From: Sulfurovaceae bacterium
Lineage (GTDB): Bacteria; Campylobacterota; Campylobacteria; Campylobacterales; Sulfurovaceae
Length of the DNA stretch: 64,000 nucleotides
Direction: 5' to 3'
Assembly (NCBI GenBank): GCA_965215705.1
Contig: CBDCEE010000008.1
Span: 226,001 to 290,000, forward strand
The notes beneath the pieces were generated by a model. That model was not told the DNA's origin and did not search any database. It was given only the letters and a program-made list of their open reading frames with translations. Both the position numbers and the translations under genes were made by a program. Positions 52,204 through 63,141 of this stretch are shown here, in pieces; position 1 is the stretch's first letter; every line of letters starts with the position of its first letter.

Positions 52204-55200
52204 ATGAAAACCCGACAGATAACCTATATGCTTCTCCTTATTTTGCTGATGCCCCTGCTTCTTGCTGCTGGCACCAAAAAACCTTTACATATCAAGAAGA
52301 TTATCCAGAGAAGTACACAGACCAGTACTTCCCTCTGTGCAGAGGTAGATCGCTACTTTTCAGCCACTGATGGCCTGGCTGCCAAGCCTTATATTAAGCT
52401 TTCACCCACCGATTATTTTGCTGTCACCCTCTCTTATGATGAGATCTGTCTGACCGGACTTAAGCCGCAAACGGACTATACCTTTAGCATCCACCAAAAG
52501 ATCCCTTTAGGCAAGATCGGACTGGACAAAAGCTATCAATTCACTCAAAAAACCACAGACTATAGCCCTTCACTTCATTTTAAAGATGGAGGATATATCC
52601 TCCCTGCCAAAGGGGAGATCAGCCTCCCCATAGAGAGCACCAATATCGATAGATTCTATGTCACCCTCTACCGCATCAACAGAGACAACCTCATAGGTAA
52701 TATCAACAGATACGGACTCTTCCGTACACTTTCCAGCTACACCTTGGAACAGATCAAAGCAGAAGACGGGTATCTGCTGTGGAAGAAAAGACTCTCACTC
52801 TCCACAGAGAAGAACCATGCCAAGACCACCGCTATCCCTGTAGGAAAATATCTGAAAGAAAGGAAGCCCGGTGTCTATATCCTGGCAGCTACCCCCATCG
52901 ACAAAGAGGGAGATGAGGAGCGATACAATGTCGTGACACAATGGTTTATGATCTCTGATATCGGACTCTTTACCCTAGAGGGAAAGCAGGGACTACATGT
53001 GTATAGCAAACATCTCTCTGATGCACAAAAATATAACCAGGTAAAGCTTGAACTGGTAGCAAAAAACAATGAACTTCTTGGAAGTGCCGTGACTAAAAAC
53101 GGGTATGCACTCTTCCCAAAATCTCTGCTGGGAGGAAAGCGAGGGCTCAGCCCCAAAGCGATCTATGCCTATGGAGAGTCGGGAGACTTTACCGTACTGG
53201 ATCTCTCACGCCCTGCCCATACACTCTCGGACAGAGGGGTAGCAGGACGGGAAGTACCTGACAGCTATGATGCCTGGCTTTACAGTACGCGAGGTATCTT
53301 TCGTCCAGGAGAACAGGTGCCTTTTCATCTGCTGGTACGTACCCTTGAAGGAAAAGCTGCCAAGAACCTGAAACTCTCTGCCAAACTCTATGACTCAAGA
53401 GGGGTTGAGATCACCTCCAGACTGCTCACCACAGATGCCACAGGGCACGCACAGGGAGAGTTCGATATCTCCTCCTCGGCAAGTACAGGCAAGTGGAAGA
53501 TCTCACTTCATGCAGGAGAGAAGAAAGCCATAGGCAGACTCTCTTTTCTGGTTGAAGATTTTGTACCACCAAAAATATCCCTGACACTACAACAGCCCCC
53601 TCAAATGCTCTCACCCAATACACAGGCTATACTGAAAGGTACCGTTCACTATCTCACAGGTGAAGCACTCCCTCATGCCAAAATAGAAGTCAGTACTATC
53701 CTCCATGCCACTACTACACCATTCAAACACTATACGCAATACCATTTTGGCAAAGCAGGAGAGCACTTCAGTAACCAGTCTCTGGGAGAGAAGCAGTTTA
53801 TCGGAGGAGCAGAAGGCAATCTCAGCATACCTTTTATACTCAAACAAACCACAAAAACCTCTCTTCCCATCGCAGCACATCTCACCCTCTCAGTCAGTGA
53901 ACCAGGGGGCAGACCCGTACAGAAAACACTAGACCTCTTCTACGCAGATAAACCTGCTTATATCGGTATCAAAGCAAACTTTGACCATCATGCTGTCGAT
54001 AGAGAGGCCAAGCCAACTTTCTCTCTCCTCTACCTCAAAGACAGCAAGCCTGTAACACAGACACTACAGTATCGGATCATTGCCGAAGAGGTCTATTGGA
54101 ACTGGCGTTCGGGCAGAGATGGAGACTGGGAGTACTACAAAACATACAGTGACGCAGAAGAGATCAGAAAAGGTACAGTAAAGACAGCAGATCACCCTGT
54201 CTCACTCACTACAGAAAGTCTGGACTGGGGAAGCTATCGTATCGAAGTAGAGGCGGATAACGGTATCATCAGCAGCTATCGTTTTACCAGTGGCTATGAG
54301 GAGAGTATCAGCCGTGCATCACCAGACAGACTGCCTGTCGCGATCGACAAACAACGCTATCTCCCCGGAGAGAAGATTAAGGTCAATATCACCCCTAAAT
54401 TTAGCGGTCCTCTCATGGTCTCTCTTGCCAATTATCGTATCTTGGAGACCAAAGAGGTCATGGCAACAGAGGGTATCCCTGTAACACTGACCTTTAAAAC
54501 CAAAGCATCCTGGGGAAGCAGCCTCTACCTGCTGGCATCTGCATTCAGGGCACAGAGCAAGACACTGGGCGCTACACGGGCTATCGGTGTCGCACATATC
54601 GCCATCGATGATCCGCAGAAAGTCATCCAACTCACACTGGATCATCCTGCACGCATCACTGCTTCTGACACACTCACGGTAGAGGTCACTGCCACAAATG
54701 CTGCAGCAAAGAAAACCTATCTCACACTCTCCGCCGTGGACAAAGGCATTCTACAACTGACACACTACGCAAGCCCTGACCCTGCTGTATACTTCTACGG
54801 TCAAAAGATGCTGGGTATAGAAATCAGAGATGTCTATGCAGATCTTATCAAAGCTATAGGAGCACATGCCGAGTTTGATGTCGGTGCAGGAGATGATGAC
54901 TTGGCTGCGGCACTCACTGACAGTGTTGTCTCCAACAAGCGAAAAGTGGTAGCCTTGCTGAGCGATGTCGTCACCTTTGACACGCAAGGAAAGGCTACCG
55001 TCACGATGGATATCCCTGATGATTTTCAGGGGACGTTGGTACTGACAGCGGTAGCATGGAGTGCAGATACCGTAGGCAGCCATACCACAGAAGTGCTTGT
55101 CAAAGATCCCATCTCTACCGAACTCTATATGCCTCGATTTCTCACTACAGGAGACCAGAGTAAAATCACCCTCAGGAGCAGTTTTGATGCAAATGTCACT

Positions 55201-57522
55201 CCCGGCACTTATCTACTCAAACTACATACCAAAGGTGGTGTTGCCATCTCTCCTCAGGAGATACACTATACTGTAGAAGGGAACAGATCCCAATCCTTCC
55301 TACGCACTTTAGATCTCCATACCCCAGGAAGTAAACAGGGAGAGATCAGTCTCGAAGTGCTTCATGAAGGGAAAAGAGTCAGCGAACGAAGCTGGAAGAT
55401 CGGGATCAGAGATGCCTACCCCTCGACCTATCTCAGAAAATTAGGCACACTGGACAGCACCATGCCGCTGGAGCCAAACCGTATCTCTGACCCTTCACAA
55501 TGGCAAACAGTTCGCAGGGTGAGACTCACACTCTCCGGCACACCTCTGCTGCCTACATATTCACTCACACAAGAGTTGATCGACTATCAGGGCAGATGTG
55601 CAGAGCAGACTACCAGTCGTGCCATTCCGTGGCTGAAGAGTCAAGCCCCTGACAAAAAAGCACTCCTCCAAAGTGCCATCGACAGGTTGAGCACCATGCA
55701 GAGGATCAATGGAGGATTTGGGCTCTGGAGCAACAGTCAGATCGACCCCTGGGTCACAGCCTATGTCCTCGATCTGCTGACCCGTGCCAAAGCCAAGGGC
55801 TATAGTATCCCACAAAAAAATATCGATCAGGGACTTGCCTGGCTGGAGCAGCATCTGGATCGCTGGAGCAGCAAACGTGCCAAACAGGAGGCAGATGCCT
55901 ATGCCCTCTATGTCCTGGCACGCAACAACCATATCCTCCTGTCCGAGATACACTATCATGCAACAAACAAAAAAAGCCTGATACGCTCAGCACAGGCATG
56001 GGGGCAGCTGGGGGCAGCACTCTCCTCTCTGGGTGAGACCCAACAAGCCAAAGTACTTTTTGAGAGAGCCAAACAGTCACTCGGAGAAAGTAGTTACCTC
56101 AACTATGGAGGCGCCTTACGAAACAAGGCTGCACTGGTACTACTCCTCAAAGAGTCCGGCTTGGAACATGAGGCACAGGCACTTTTCGCTGACCTTGCAC
56201 TGAACCTCAAAAAGAGAAAATATCTCAGTACACAGGAGATGAGTACGCTTCTGCGTGCCCAGATGGCATTGGGTATCCGTAAGAGCAAGCTCAAACTCAG
56301 CATAGACGGCTCTCTCTACCAAGAAGAGAAGCCATTTACTGCCAAGGCAGATACACTCTCCACCCTACCCAAGATCATCAACCAGGGCACGGCATCACTC
56401 TGGTATGACCTGAGCTTTATCGCCACCCCTGACCCCACACACTATACAGCACAGGAGAACCGGGGATTCTCCATTCAAAAGCAGTTCTACACGCTGAAGG
56501 GTCAGCCCATCGACCTCTCTCAGGCTGTACGTAACAGTAGGATCGTTGTCGTTCTGAAAGGCAGCATACAGGAGCATTCTATACAACACCCACTTATCAC
56601 CGATTGGCTCCCAGCTGGATTTGAGATAGAGAATCCGACACTGAGCGGGATCGATGCCAGTGACGGCCTGAAATGGCTGGGGAAAAAAAGTGCCACCCTC
56701 CATACCGAGTACCGTGATGACCGCTTCGAGGCGGCACTGCGTACCGATAACAACAGTAGCTTTACTGCCGCCTATGTGATCAGGGCTGTCACCTTGGGTA
56801 CCTTTACCCTCCCCCCTGCCAAGATCGAAGATATGTATCAGCCTCGATATCGGGCATTCAGCACATTTGCCAAAGAGAAGCTCATTATCAAGCTTCCCAA
56901 GTCCCCTGAGGAGACCCAGACAAAAAACACTACCCCTATAGAGAAAGTACCCCTTGTAGCACAACCAGATATACTCCATACAGATGATTATACCCGTCTC
57001 TATACCCATCCTGTCGGTACACTCAGCCGATACAGTATCGTACAGCTGAACTACCTGCGAAACGGTATCTTTGCACAGGCTGGGTTAGATTTTGAGAAGA
57101 ACAATCCTGCACTACACAAACGCTTCTCCACCTTTAGCTGGTACAAGCCGACCAGCAGCAAGTCCAGCAGTATCTATGCCAAACTGACCGCATTACAGAA
57201 AAAAAATATCCAGGCACTTTTAGCTGAAGAGAAGCAGCGATGTGGCGGGCTGGTATTGGCAGATTTCTATCGGGTCAAGATCAAGCAGCTGGATGCAGCG
57301 TATCTACGTAGATACAGTAAAAGAGAGCTCAGGATCCTCCGTAACAGTCTGATCGCCCGTTATGGTCTGCGTTTTAAGGAGCAGGAGCTAACCCGTATCT
57401 ACAGTGAGATGCCATGGTACCATCCTACAGAGATCACAGCCAGTGAGATCATCGACCAGAAGATGAGTGATCTGGAACGTGCCAATATCCAAACCATACT
57501 GAAGGTCGAGAGACAAAAGTAG
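52204..57522 (+). CDS. Bacterial alpha-2-macroglobulin family protein with a thioester motif and two C-terminal YARHG domains
   Basis: 1772 aa with a signal peptide and MG-domain-like repeats. The thioester site is GRCAEQTTSR. The C-terminal YARHG-like motifs are LRNGIFAQAGLDF...WYKP and LRNSLIARYGLRF...WYHP. pbpC follows with no gap. Confidence 0.8.
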   Translation: MKTRQITYMLLLILLMPLLLAAGTKKPLHIKKIIQRSTQTSTSLCAEVDRYFSATDGLAAKPYIKLSPTDYFAVTLSYDEICLTGLKPQTDYTFSIHQKIPLGKIGLDKSYQFTQKTTDYSPSLHFKDGGYILPAKGEISLPIESTNIDRFYVTLYRINRDNLIGNINRYGLFRTLSSYTLEQIKAEDGYLLWKKRLSLSTEKNHAKTTAIPVGKYLKERKPGVYILAATPIDKEGDEERYNVVTQWFMISDIGLFTLEGKQGLHVYSKHLSDAQKYNQVKLELVAKNNELLGSAVTKNGYALFPKSLLGGKRGLSPKAIYAYGESGDFTVLDLSRPAHTLSDRGVAGREVPDSYDAWLYSTRGIFRPGEQVPFHLLVRTLEGKAAKNLKLSAKLYDSRGVEITSRLLTTDATGHAQGEFDISSSASTGKWKISLHAGEKKAIGRLSFLVEDFVPPKISLTLQQPPQMLSPNTQAILKGTVHYLTGEALPHAKIEVSTILHATTTPFKHYTQYHFGKAGEHFSNQSLGEKQFIGGAEGNLSIPFILKQTTKTSLPIAAHLTLSVSEPGGRPVQKTLDLFYADKPAYIGIKANFDHHAVDREAKPTFSLLYLKDSKPVTQTLQYRIIAEEVYWNWRSGRDGDWEYYKTYSDAEEIRKGTVKTADHPVSLTTESLDWGSYRIEVEADNGIISSYRFTSGYEESISRASPDRLPVAIDKQRYLPGEKIKVNITPKFSGPLMVSLANYRILETKEVMATEGIPVTLTFKTKASWGSSLYLLASAFRAQSKTLGATRAIGVAHIAIDDPQKVIQLTLDHPARITASDTLTVEVTATNAAAKKTYLTLSAVDKGILQLTHYASPDPAVYFYGQKMLGIEIRDVYADLIKAIGAHAEFDVGAGDDDLAAALTDSVVSNKRKVVALLSDVVTFDTQGKATVTMDIPDDFQGTLVLTAVAWSADTVGSHTTEVLVKDPISTELYMPRFLTTGDQSKITLRSSFDANVTPGTYLLKLHTKGGVAISPQEIHYTVEGNRSQSFLRTLDLHTPGSKQGEISLEVLHEGKRVSERSWKIGIRDAYPSTYLRKLGTLDSTMPLEPNRISDPSQWQTVRRVRLTLSGTPLLPTYSLTQELIDYQGRCAEQTTSRAIPWLKSQAPDKKALLQSAIDRLSTMQRINGGFGLWSNSQIDPWVTAYVLDLLTRAKAKGYSIPQKNIDQGLAWLEQHLDRWSSKRAKQEADAYALYVLARNNHILLSEIHYHATNKKSLIRSAQAWGQLGAALSSLGETQQAKVLFERAKQSLGESSYLNYGGALRNKAALVLLLKESGLEHEAQALFADLALNLKKRKYLSTQEMSTLLRAQMALGIRKSKLKLSIDGSLYQEEKPFTAKADTLSTLPKIINQGTASLWYDLSFIATPDPTHYTAQENRGFSIQKQFYTLKGQPIDLSQAVRNSRIVVVLKGSIQEHSIQHPLITDWLPAGFEIENPTLSGIDASDGLKWLGKKSATLHTEYRDDRFEAALRTDNNSSFTAAYVIRAVTLGTFTLPPAKIEDMYQPRYRAFSTFAKEKLIIKLPKSPEETQTKNTTPIEKVPLVAQPDILHTDDYTRLYTHPVGTLSRYSIVQLNYLRNGIFAQAGLDFEKNNPALHKRFSTFSWYKPTSSKSSSIYAKLTALQKKNIQALLAEEKQRCGGLVLADFYRVKIKQLDAAYLRRYSKRELRILRNSLIARYGLRFKEQELTRIYSEMPWYHPTEITASEIIDQKMSDLERANIQTILKVERQK

Positions 57523-59595
57523 ATGATACAGAGGGTAACAACGTATCTCTACAGGCTTGGCTGGAGATTTGGCAAGTGGATGCTGCTGTCTCTGATAGCC
57601 CTAGCTCTGTTTGTCCTACTTATGAACCGGTTCTACCCACTCACACTTACCCCTGCACAAGAGACCTCACGCACCATTGTAGACCATCAGGGGCAATGGC
57701 TCTATGCCACCACCAACCCTACACAGAAATGGCGATTCCCGGTGGAGATCAGTAAACTCGATCCCCTCTACCTACAGATGCTGCTACGTTTCGAAGACAA
57801 ACGCTTCTGGGATCACTACGGCCTAGACCCTCTGGCGATGGGACGGGCGATCTGGCAGTTGATCAAGCAGGGGCGTATCACTTCAGGCGGCTCTACGATC
57901 ACGATGCAGCTGGCACGCCTGCTCGAACCCAAGCCCCGTACCGTCCGATCGAAGATCATCGAGATCATCCGTGCCTTTCAACTGGAGTCCACCTATACCA
58001 AAGAAGAGATCCTCCAAGCCTATCTCACCCTCGCACCCTATGGGGGCAATGTAGAAGGGGTCGTGGGTGCCAGCATGCGGTACTTTGGCAAACTTCCTTA
58101 TGCCCTCAGTATCTCAGAAGCTGCCACACTGGTCTCCTTGCCACAGTCTCCCGAGCACAACAGACCCGATCGTCATCCGAAGCAGAGCAAGACCGCCAGA
58201 GACAAAGTACTCAAGATTGCTAAAGAGACAGGGCTTCTCACCCCTTCTCTCTATACCAAGGCGACAGATACCCCTATCACAGGTCGACGGTTCTCTTTTC
58301 CCAGATATGCCCCTCATCTCAGCCAGAGACTCCTCCGCAGATCAGACAAGATGACGATCCAGACCACCCTCGATAGCACACTCCAGCAACAGCTGGAGCA
58401 GTGGGCCGCACAACAGGGAAGCAGACTCCCCAAAGGGACGACACTGGCTTCCCTGATCATCCAAAACCATGCTGCCTCCATTCTCGCCTATCTAGGCTCT
58501 CATGATATGTTCAGCCCCAAGGTCGCAGGCTTTGTAGATATGATCCCTGTACCCAGATCTCCAGGCTCTGCTCTCAAGCCTTTTATCTATGGGCTTGGCT
58601 TTGAGAAGCACCTGATCCATCCCAATACCCTGATCATGGACAGAGAGACCCGATTTGGTGACTATCTGCCACACAACTACTCCAGAGAGTACACCGGAGA
58701 GGTGAGTATCGCCTATGCCCTACAACACTCTCTCAACATCCCTGCGGTCAAAGTGCTGCAAAAGCTGGGGGCTCAGGCATTTGTTGAGAGGATCACCACA
58801 CTTACCGGCAAGATACAAATCCCCAAAAAACAGGCCACTCTTCCGATCGCACTGGGAGGCATGGGAGTGAGCCTTTGGCAGGTGGCACAGCTCTATACGG
58901 CACTGGCAAACGGAGGTAGTGCACCCCAGCTACACTACCTCCCCAGAGAGACAAACCATACCGCGATCCTCCCTCTCCTCAGTAGACAGGCATCTCAAAT
59001 GACCACAGCGATCCTGAGGGCTGTCAGCCCGCCCAAGGGACATAGGAACAGTGCCTACAAGATCGCTTACAAGACAGGCACCAGCTATGGGTATCGAGAC
59101 CTCTGGACAGCCGCCTATACACCAGAATATACTGTGGTCGTATGGGTAGGTAGACCCAACAATGCCCCGCAAGTCAAACAATCAGGTAGAGAGGTGGCTG
59201 CCCCCATGGCATTTGAGATCATAGAGATGATCGAAGCACTGCATCCTATGAAAAACTGGCAATGGGACAGCCGCTATCTCGGCAACCAGGTACCCAAAGG
59301 GCTCAAGTATTTTGATACACAGACCCGGAAAGCACACACTCCACTACAGCTACTCTACCCCAAAGAGGGTACTAGATACCGTAGTGCCGGCTGCCATGAT
59401 GTGATCGTCGAGGTCTCCCTCATACAGGGCAAACCTCCCTACTACTGGTATATAGACGGAGCCCCCACCAAGATCACAGAACCCCGTACCGATCTCCCCT
59501 TTGGCAGAGGTGCCCATACGATCACCATCATCGATGCTACAGGCGATACGATCACACGAGATATCTGGGTGGATATGCCTGATTGTCAAAAGTAG
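57523..59595 (+). CDS. pbpC: Penicillin-binding protein 1C
   Basis: 690 aa. Glycosyltransferase motifs are EDKRFWDHYG and GGSTITMQL. Transpeptidase motifs are SALK (SxxK), SLN and KTGT. Confidence 0.85.
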   Translation: MIQRVTTYLYRLGWRFGKWMLLSLIALALFVLLMNRFYPLTLTPAQETSRTIVDHQGQWLYATTNPTQKWRFPVEISKLDPLYLQMLLRFEDKRFWDHYGLDPLAMGRAIWQLIKQGRITSGGSTITMQLARLLEPKPRTVRSKIIEIIRAFQLESTYTKEEILQAYLTLAPYGGNVEGVVGASMRYFGKLPYALSISEAATLVSLPQSPEHNRPDRHPKQSKTARDKVLKIAKETGLLTPSLYTKATDTPITGRRFSFPRYAPHLSQRLLRRSDKMTIQTTLDSTLQQQLEQWAAQQGSRLPKGTTLASLIIQNHAASILAYLGSHDMFSPKVAGFVDMIPVPRSPGSALKPFIYGLGFEKHLIHPNTLIMDRETRFGDYLPHNYSREYTGEVSIAYALQHSLNIPAVKVLQKLGAQAFVERITTLTGKIQIPKKQATLPIALGGMGVSLWQVAQLYTALANGGSAPQLHYLPRETNHTAILPLLSRQASQMTTAILRAVSPPKGHRNSAYKIAYKTGTSYGYRDLWTAAYTPEYTVVVWVGRPNNAPQVKQSGREVAAPMAFEIIEMIEALHPMKNWQWDSRYLGNQVPKGLKYFDTQTRKAHTPLQLLYPKEGTRYRSAGCHDVIVEVSLIQGKPPYYWYIDGAPTKITEPRTDLPFGRGAHTITIIDATGDTITRDIWVDMPDCQK

Positions 59596-59651
59596 CACTT
59601 TGTCGGCACCCAAGTGTGGTATACTCTCATCAAAGCACTAGGACAAGACCC

Positions 59652-60446
59652 ATGAAAAAGATACTCGCTATTCTTCTGTTATGGACACTCTCCCTCTGGG
59701 CGCAAAACAGTATCACAGAGATCGATTTCGCCCAAGCCAAGCGTATCTACAATGCCAGTTCCGGGCTCTTTATCGATGCCAGAGAGCTGAAGTTTTATAA
59801 AAAAGGTACGATTCTAGGCGCACTCAATATGCCTATCCAACGGTTCAAACGTATGAAACGCCTGTTACCTGTAAAAAAGAGCAGCAAGCTGGTAGTTTTT
59901 TGTGGCGGGATCAAGTGTGAAAAGTCTACCAAGCTGGCAAAGCTAATCCTAGCAGAGGGATACAGCCATATCATGGTCTATCGTGGAGGTTTTCCAGAAT
60001 GGAGCCAAAAAGGGCAGGAGATCATGCTCTCTGCTACCCATTGTCAGCGTAGCAGTACCCCCACTCACAAACCTGTCACACTCCAAGGGGCGATGGTACA
60101 GTTGGGATCAGAAAAAGGGATGATCGATGCCGAGTGGTTCGTGCAGCAGCTCCAAGCTGGTACCCTCTCTCCGCAGATACAGCTAGTGGATGTCCGCAGA
60201 TCAGCCGACTACACAGAGGGGCATCTCCCTCACTCTTTGCATATCAGATGGGATAGTGATACAGGCCAGATCGACAGTAGCCGCTTCCCCACAGACAAAC
60301 TCACTCTCCTCTACTGCAACACCGGTATGCTCTCCTCAGATGCCTATGACAGTCTGGATGAAGCGACTGCCAAACGCGTGCTTTATCTCAATGCTGTGGT
60401 GAAATGCAAGGAAGAAAAATGTGAGGTAATTCCAAATAAATACTAA
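59652..60446 (+). CDS. Secreted tandem rhodanese-domain protein
   Basis: I moved the start to ATG 59652 (MKKILAILLLWTLSLWAQ signal peptide). Two rhodanese-like halves are present, with Cys loops FCGGIKC and LYCNTGMLS. Confidence 0.65.
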   Translation: MKKILAILLLWTLSLWAQNSITEIDFAQAKRIYNASSGLFIDARELKFYKKGTILGALNMPIQRFKRMKRLLPVKKSSKLVVFCGGIKCEKSTKLAKLILAEGYSHIMVYRGGFPEWSQKGQEIMLSATHCQRSSTPTHKPVTLQGAMVQLGSEKGMIDAEWFVQQLQAGTLSPQIQLVDVRRSADYTEGHLPHSLHIRWDSDTGQIDSSRFPTDKLTLLYCNTGMLSSDAYDSLDEATAKRVLYLNAVVKCKEEKCEVIPNKY

Positions 60447-60558
60447 TCTAGAATATATTTGGAAAATCACGTAGGGGGGGGTGATTGCTATCACACGATC
60501 ATGGGAAATACTCTCTCCGACAACATCGTTGCCGAAAGGCTCATAAAAAACTATCTAT

Positions 60559-61626
60559 TTACAACCCTGCTGCTTTGATCGCTTCAGCCTGTGCATGGGC
60601 GGTGAGAGGTTCTACGATCTGCTCTAGGTTACCGTTGTTCATGACGTGATCGAGTGCGTAGAGGGTGAGCCCTATACGGTGATCGGTGATACGGTTCTGG
60701 GGATAGTTGTAGGTACGGATCTTCTCAGATCGGTCACCTGAGCCTACCTGTGCCTTGCGGTCTGCGGAGGCTTCGTCCAGTTGTGCTTGCATCTGGGCTT
60801 CGTAGACACGTGCTTTGAGGACTTTCATGGCCTTGTCTCTGTTTTTGTGCTGAGACTTCTCATCCTGGATCGCTGCGACGATACCTGTAGGGATATGCGT
60901 CAAACGTACGGCAGAGTCGGTGGTGTTGACCGACTGTCCGCCACAGCCACTGGAGCGGTAGACATCCATTTTGATATCGTTGGGCTTGATATCTAGCTCC
61001 ACATCATCGACTTCCGGGATGATCGCTACGGTGATCGCAGAGGTATGGACACGCCCCTGAGTCTCTGTGTCAGGTACCCGCTGTACACGGTGGACACCTG
61101 ACTCATACTTGAGTTGGCTGTAGGCACCATCACCCTTGACCAAGGCGATCATCTCCTTGTAGCCTCCTGCTGTACCCTCTGAGGAGCTCATGATCTCTAC
61201 TTTCCAGCCCATTTTCTCAGCAAAACGTAGATAGAGCTTGAAGATATCTTCAACAAAGAGTGCACTCTCATCTCCACCTGCACCTGCACGAAGCTCTATA
61301 TAGATATTCCTGTCATCATTGGGGTCACGAGGAATCATCAATACCTTGATCTCCTCCTCAATCTCTGGAAGCATAGGTTCCAGCTCAGAAAGCTCCTCTT
61401 TGGCGAGGTCTCCCAGCTCTTCATCCCCCAGTAGCTCTTTGTTTTCTATGATGGCATCCGCTGTTTCGATATACTCTTTGGCCTTTTCGACCAGCTTAGC
61501 AATAGAGGACTGCTCTTTGCTGAGCTCTGTCATCTGCTTGATATCACTGGCGATCTCTTGGGTACTAAGCAGTGTACTGATCTCTTCATAGCGGTCGATA
61601 AAGGGTTGTAGTTTTTCTCGGAACAT
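60559..61626 (-). CDS. prfA: Peptide chain release factor 1
   Basis: 355 aa. It has the GGQ motif ([16 protein letters not shown]) and the RF1-type tripeptide context [14 protein letters not shown]. Confidence 0.9.
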   Translation of the reverse strand: MFREKLQPFIDRYEEISTLLSTQEIASDIKQMTELSKEQSSIAKLVEKAKEYIETADAIIENKELLGDEELGDLAKEELSELEPMLPEIEEEIKVLMIPRDPNDDRNIYIELRAGAGGDESALFVEDIFKLYLRFAEKMGWKVEIMSSSEGTAGGYKEMIALVKGDGAYSQLKYESGVHRVQRVPDTETQGRVHTSAITVAIIPEVDDVELDIKPNDIKMDVYRSSGCGGQSVNTTDSAVRLTHIPTGIVAAIQDEKSQHKNRDKAMKVLKARVYEAQMQAQLDEASADRKAQVGSGDRSEKIRTYNYPQNRITDHRIGLTLYALDHVMNNGNLEQIVEPLTAHAQAEAIKAAGL

Positions 61627-61698
61627 AGATACGTCCTAATAAGATAGATTTAGAGTCTGACCAAATCCCTAAGGGACTTGGGAGGATAGAAGGGGTGC

Positions 61699-61968
61699 TT
61701 AAGCAGCTTCGATGCTGTTGATAAGCTTGTTGAGACGGCTTACTTTTCTAGAAGCTGTCTCTTTTTTGAGGAATCCTTTGCTTACAAAGCTATGGATACT
61801 CTTGTTAGCGATCTTGAACGCCTCTGCTGCTGCAGTGGTATCTTTCGCCTCTACTGCTTCATGAACTGCTTTAACGATATTTTTCAATCTCGTTCTGTAG
61901 TATCTGTTTCTCTCAGTTCTCTTGATGGTCTGCTTGATTCTCTTTTTTGCTGACTTATGATTTGCCAT
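61699..61968 (-). CDS. rpsT: 30S ribosomal protein S20
   Basis: 89 aa. [13 protein letters not shown]...RN matches the family. Confidence 0.9.
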   Translation of the reverse strand: MANHKSAKKRIKQTIKRTERNRYYRTRLKNIVKAVHEAVEAKDTTAAAEAFKIANKSIHSFVSKGFLKKETASRKVSRLNKLINSIEAA

Positions 61969-62208
61969 AGGGTATGTCCTTTATTGAATTCATGTATTGA
62001 TAGTCTGCCACTTGTGCACAGAGTCTAATTAGTTCGCGGATTTTACCCAAAAAGAGTTTAAATTTTTATTAAATCATCTCCATATCGGCACGTTAATCCC
62101 CTTTTAGGGCGATAAATATTGATCTATACTACGCCAAGACTCCCTTTATTATCTCCATCTTTCACTGACTGAGGTATAATACCACAATTCCCTCCTAAGG
62201 CAAAACAG

Positions 62209-63096
62209 ATGGAACAACAATACAAAGTCACCCAAAACACGACACTTTTACCTTTTTTGTTTGAGACACTGTCTCTCAAGGAAGGCTGGTCCAAAAAAAC
62301 AGTAAAACAACGTCTGCAAGGTGCTTCTGTATCGGTGAATGCACAGGTACAGACCAAACATAATACGATGCTCCATGTAGGGGATATCGTAAGTATCGGA
62401 TCGGCCCAGCAGATCAAACGCCAAACAGGTACACAGCAAGCAAAACTGGAGATCATACACCAAGACAAGGACCTCATCGCCATCAATAAACCAGCAGGAC
62501 TACTCTCTGTAGGTACACACAAAGAAAATAAAAACCATGCCCTGGCCCTGCTGCGTACCCAGCTCTCACGCGGAAAAAACAGTATAAGGCTCTGGCCCGT
62601 ACATAGATTGGATCGTGATACTTCAGGCGTCTTACTTTTTGCGACTTCCAAAGAGGTACGTGAAGCAGTGATGGAAAGATGGGCAACAACAGAAAAAACC
62701 TATCTGGCCATCGTAGAAGGCACACCTGACAGAGAAGCAGATACCATCACCCAGCCCCTCAGGCTCGATGAAGAGGAGTACCGTATGCACGTGGGAGCAC
62801 ACAAGGATGCCAAGGATGCCATCACCCACTATAGCCTACGGGAGAGCAAAGAGACCCGCTCTCTACTGGAAGTGCGCATCGAGACAGGCAGACAGCATCA
62901 GATACGTGCCCATATGGCATGGATAGGGCATCCTGTAGTAGGAGATGAGCGTTATGGCACCAAGCCTTTCAATAGAAAAGAGGGTCGCATGGGACTGCAT
63001 GCGATGAGACTGCAGTTCACGCATCCTGTCAGCCATCAGAATATAGATCTACATATAGATGCTCCTGCTGATTTTTACCACTTAATAGGATTTTAG
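62209..63096 (+). CDS. RluA-family pseudouridine synthase with an N-terminal S4-like domain
   Basis: 295 aa with the catalytic motif HRLDRDTSGVLLFA. Confidence 0.8.
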   Translation: MEQQYKVTQNTTLLPFLFETLSLKEGWSKKTVKQRLQGASVSVNAQVQTKHNTMLHVGDIVSIGSAQQIKRQTGTQQAKLEIIHQDKDLIAINKPAGLLSVGTHKENKNHALALLRTQLSRGKNSIRLWPVHRLDRDTSGVLLFATSKEVREAVMERWATTEKTYLAIVEGTPDREADTITQPLRLDEEEYRMHVGAHKDAKDAITHYSLRESKETRSLLEVRIETGRQHQIRAHMAWIGHPVVGDERYGTKPFNRKEGRMGLHAMRLQFTHPVSHQNIDLHIDAPADFYHLIGF

Positions 63097-63141
63097 ATAA
63101 AATTACACAAACGACTATAGAACATACCTAGAGGAAAAACA

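Noticed and set aside
59583-59651. The upstream start of the rhodanese ORF, which overlaps pbpC.
   Set aside because: The ATG at 59652 yields a proper signal peptide, whereas the extension has no such features.
60475-60481. A G7 tract that could be a second phase-variable site.
   Set aside because: It lies between the 3' ends of convergent genes (the rhodanese gene and prfA), inside a small hairpin, and affects no ORF or promoter. It is more likely terminator-related.
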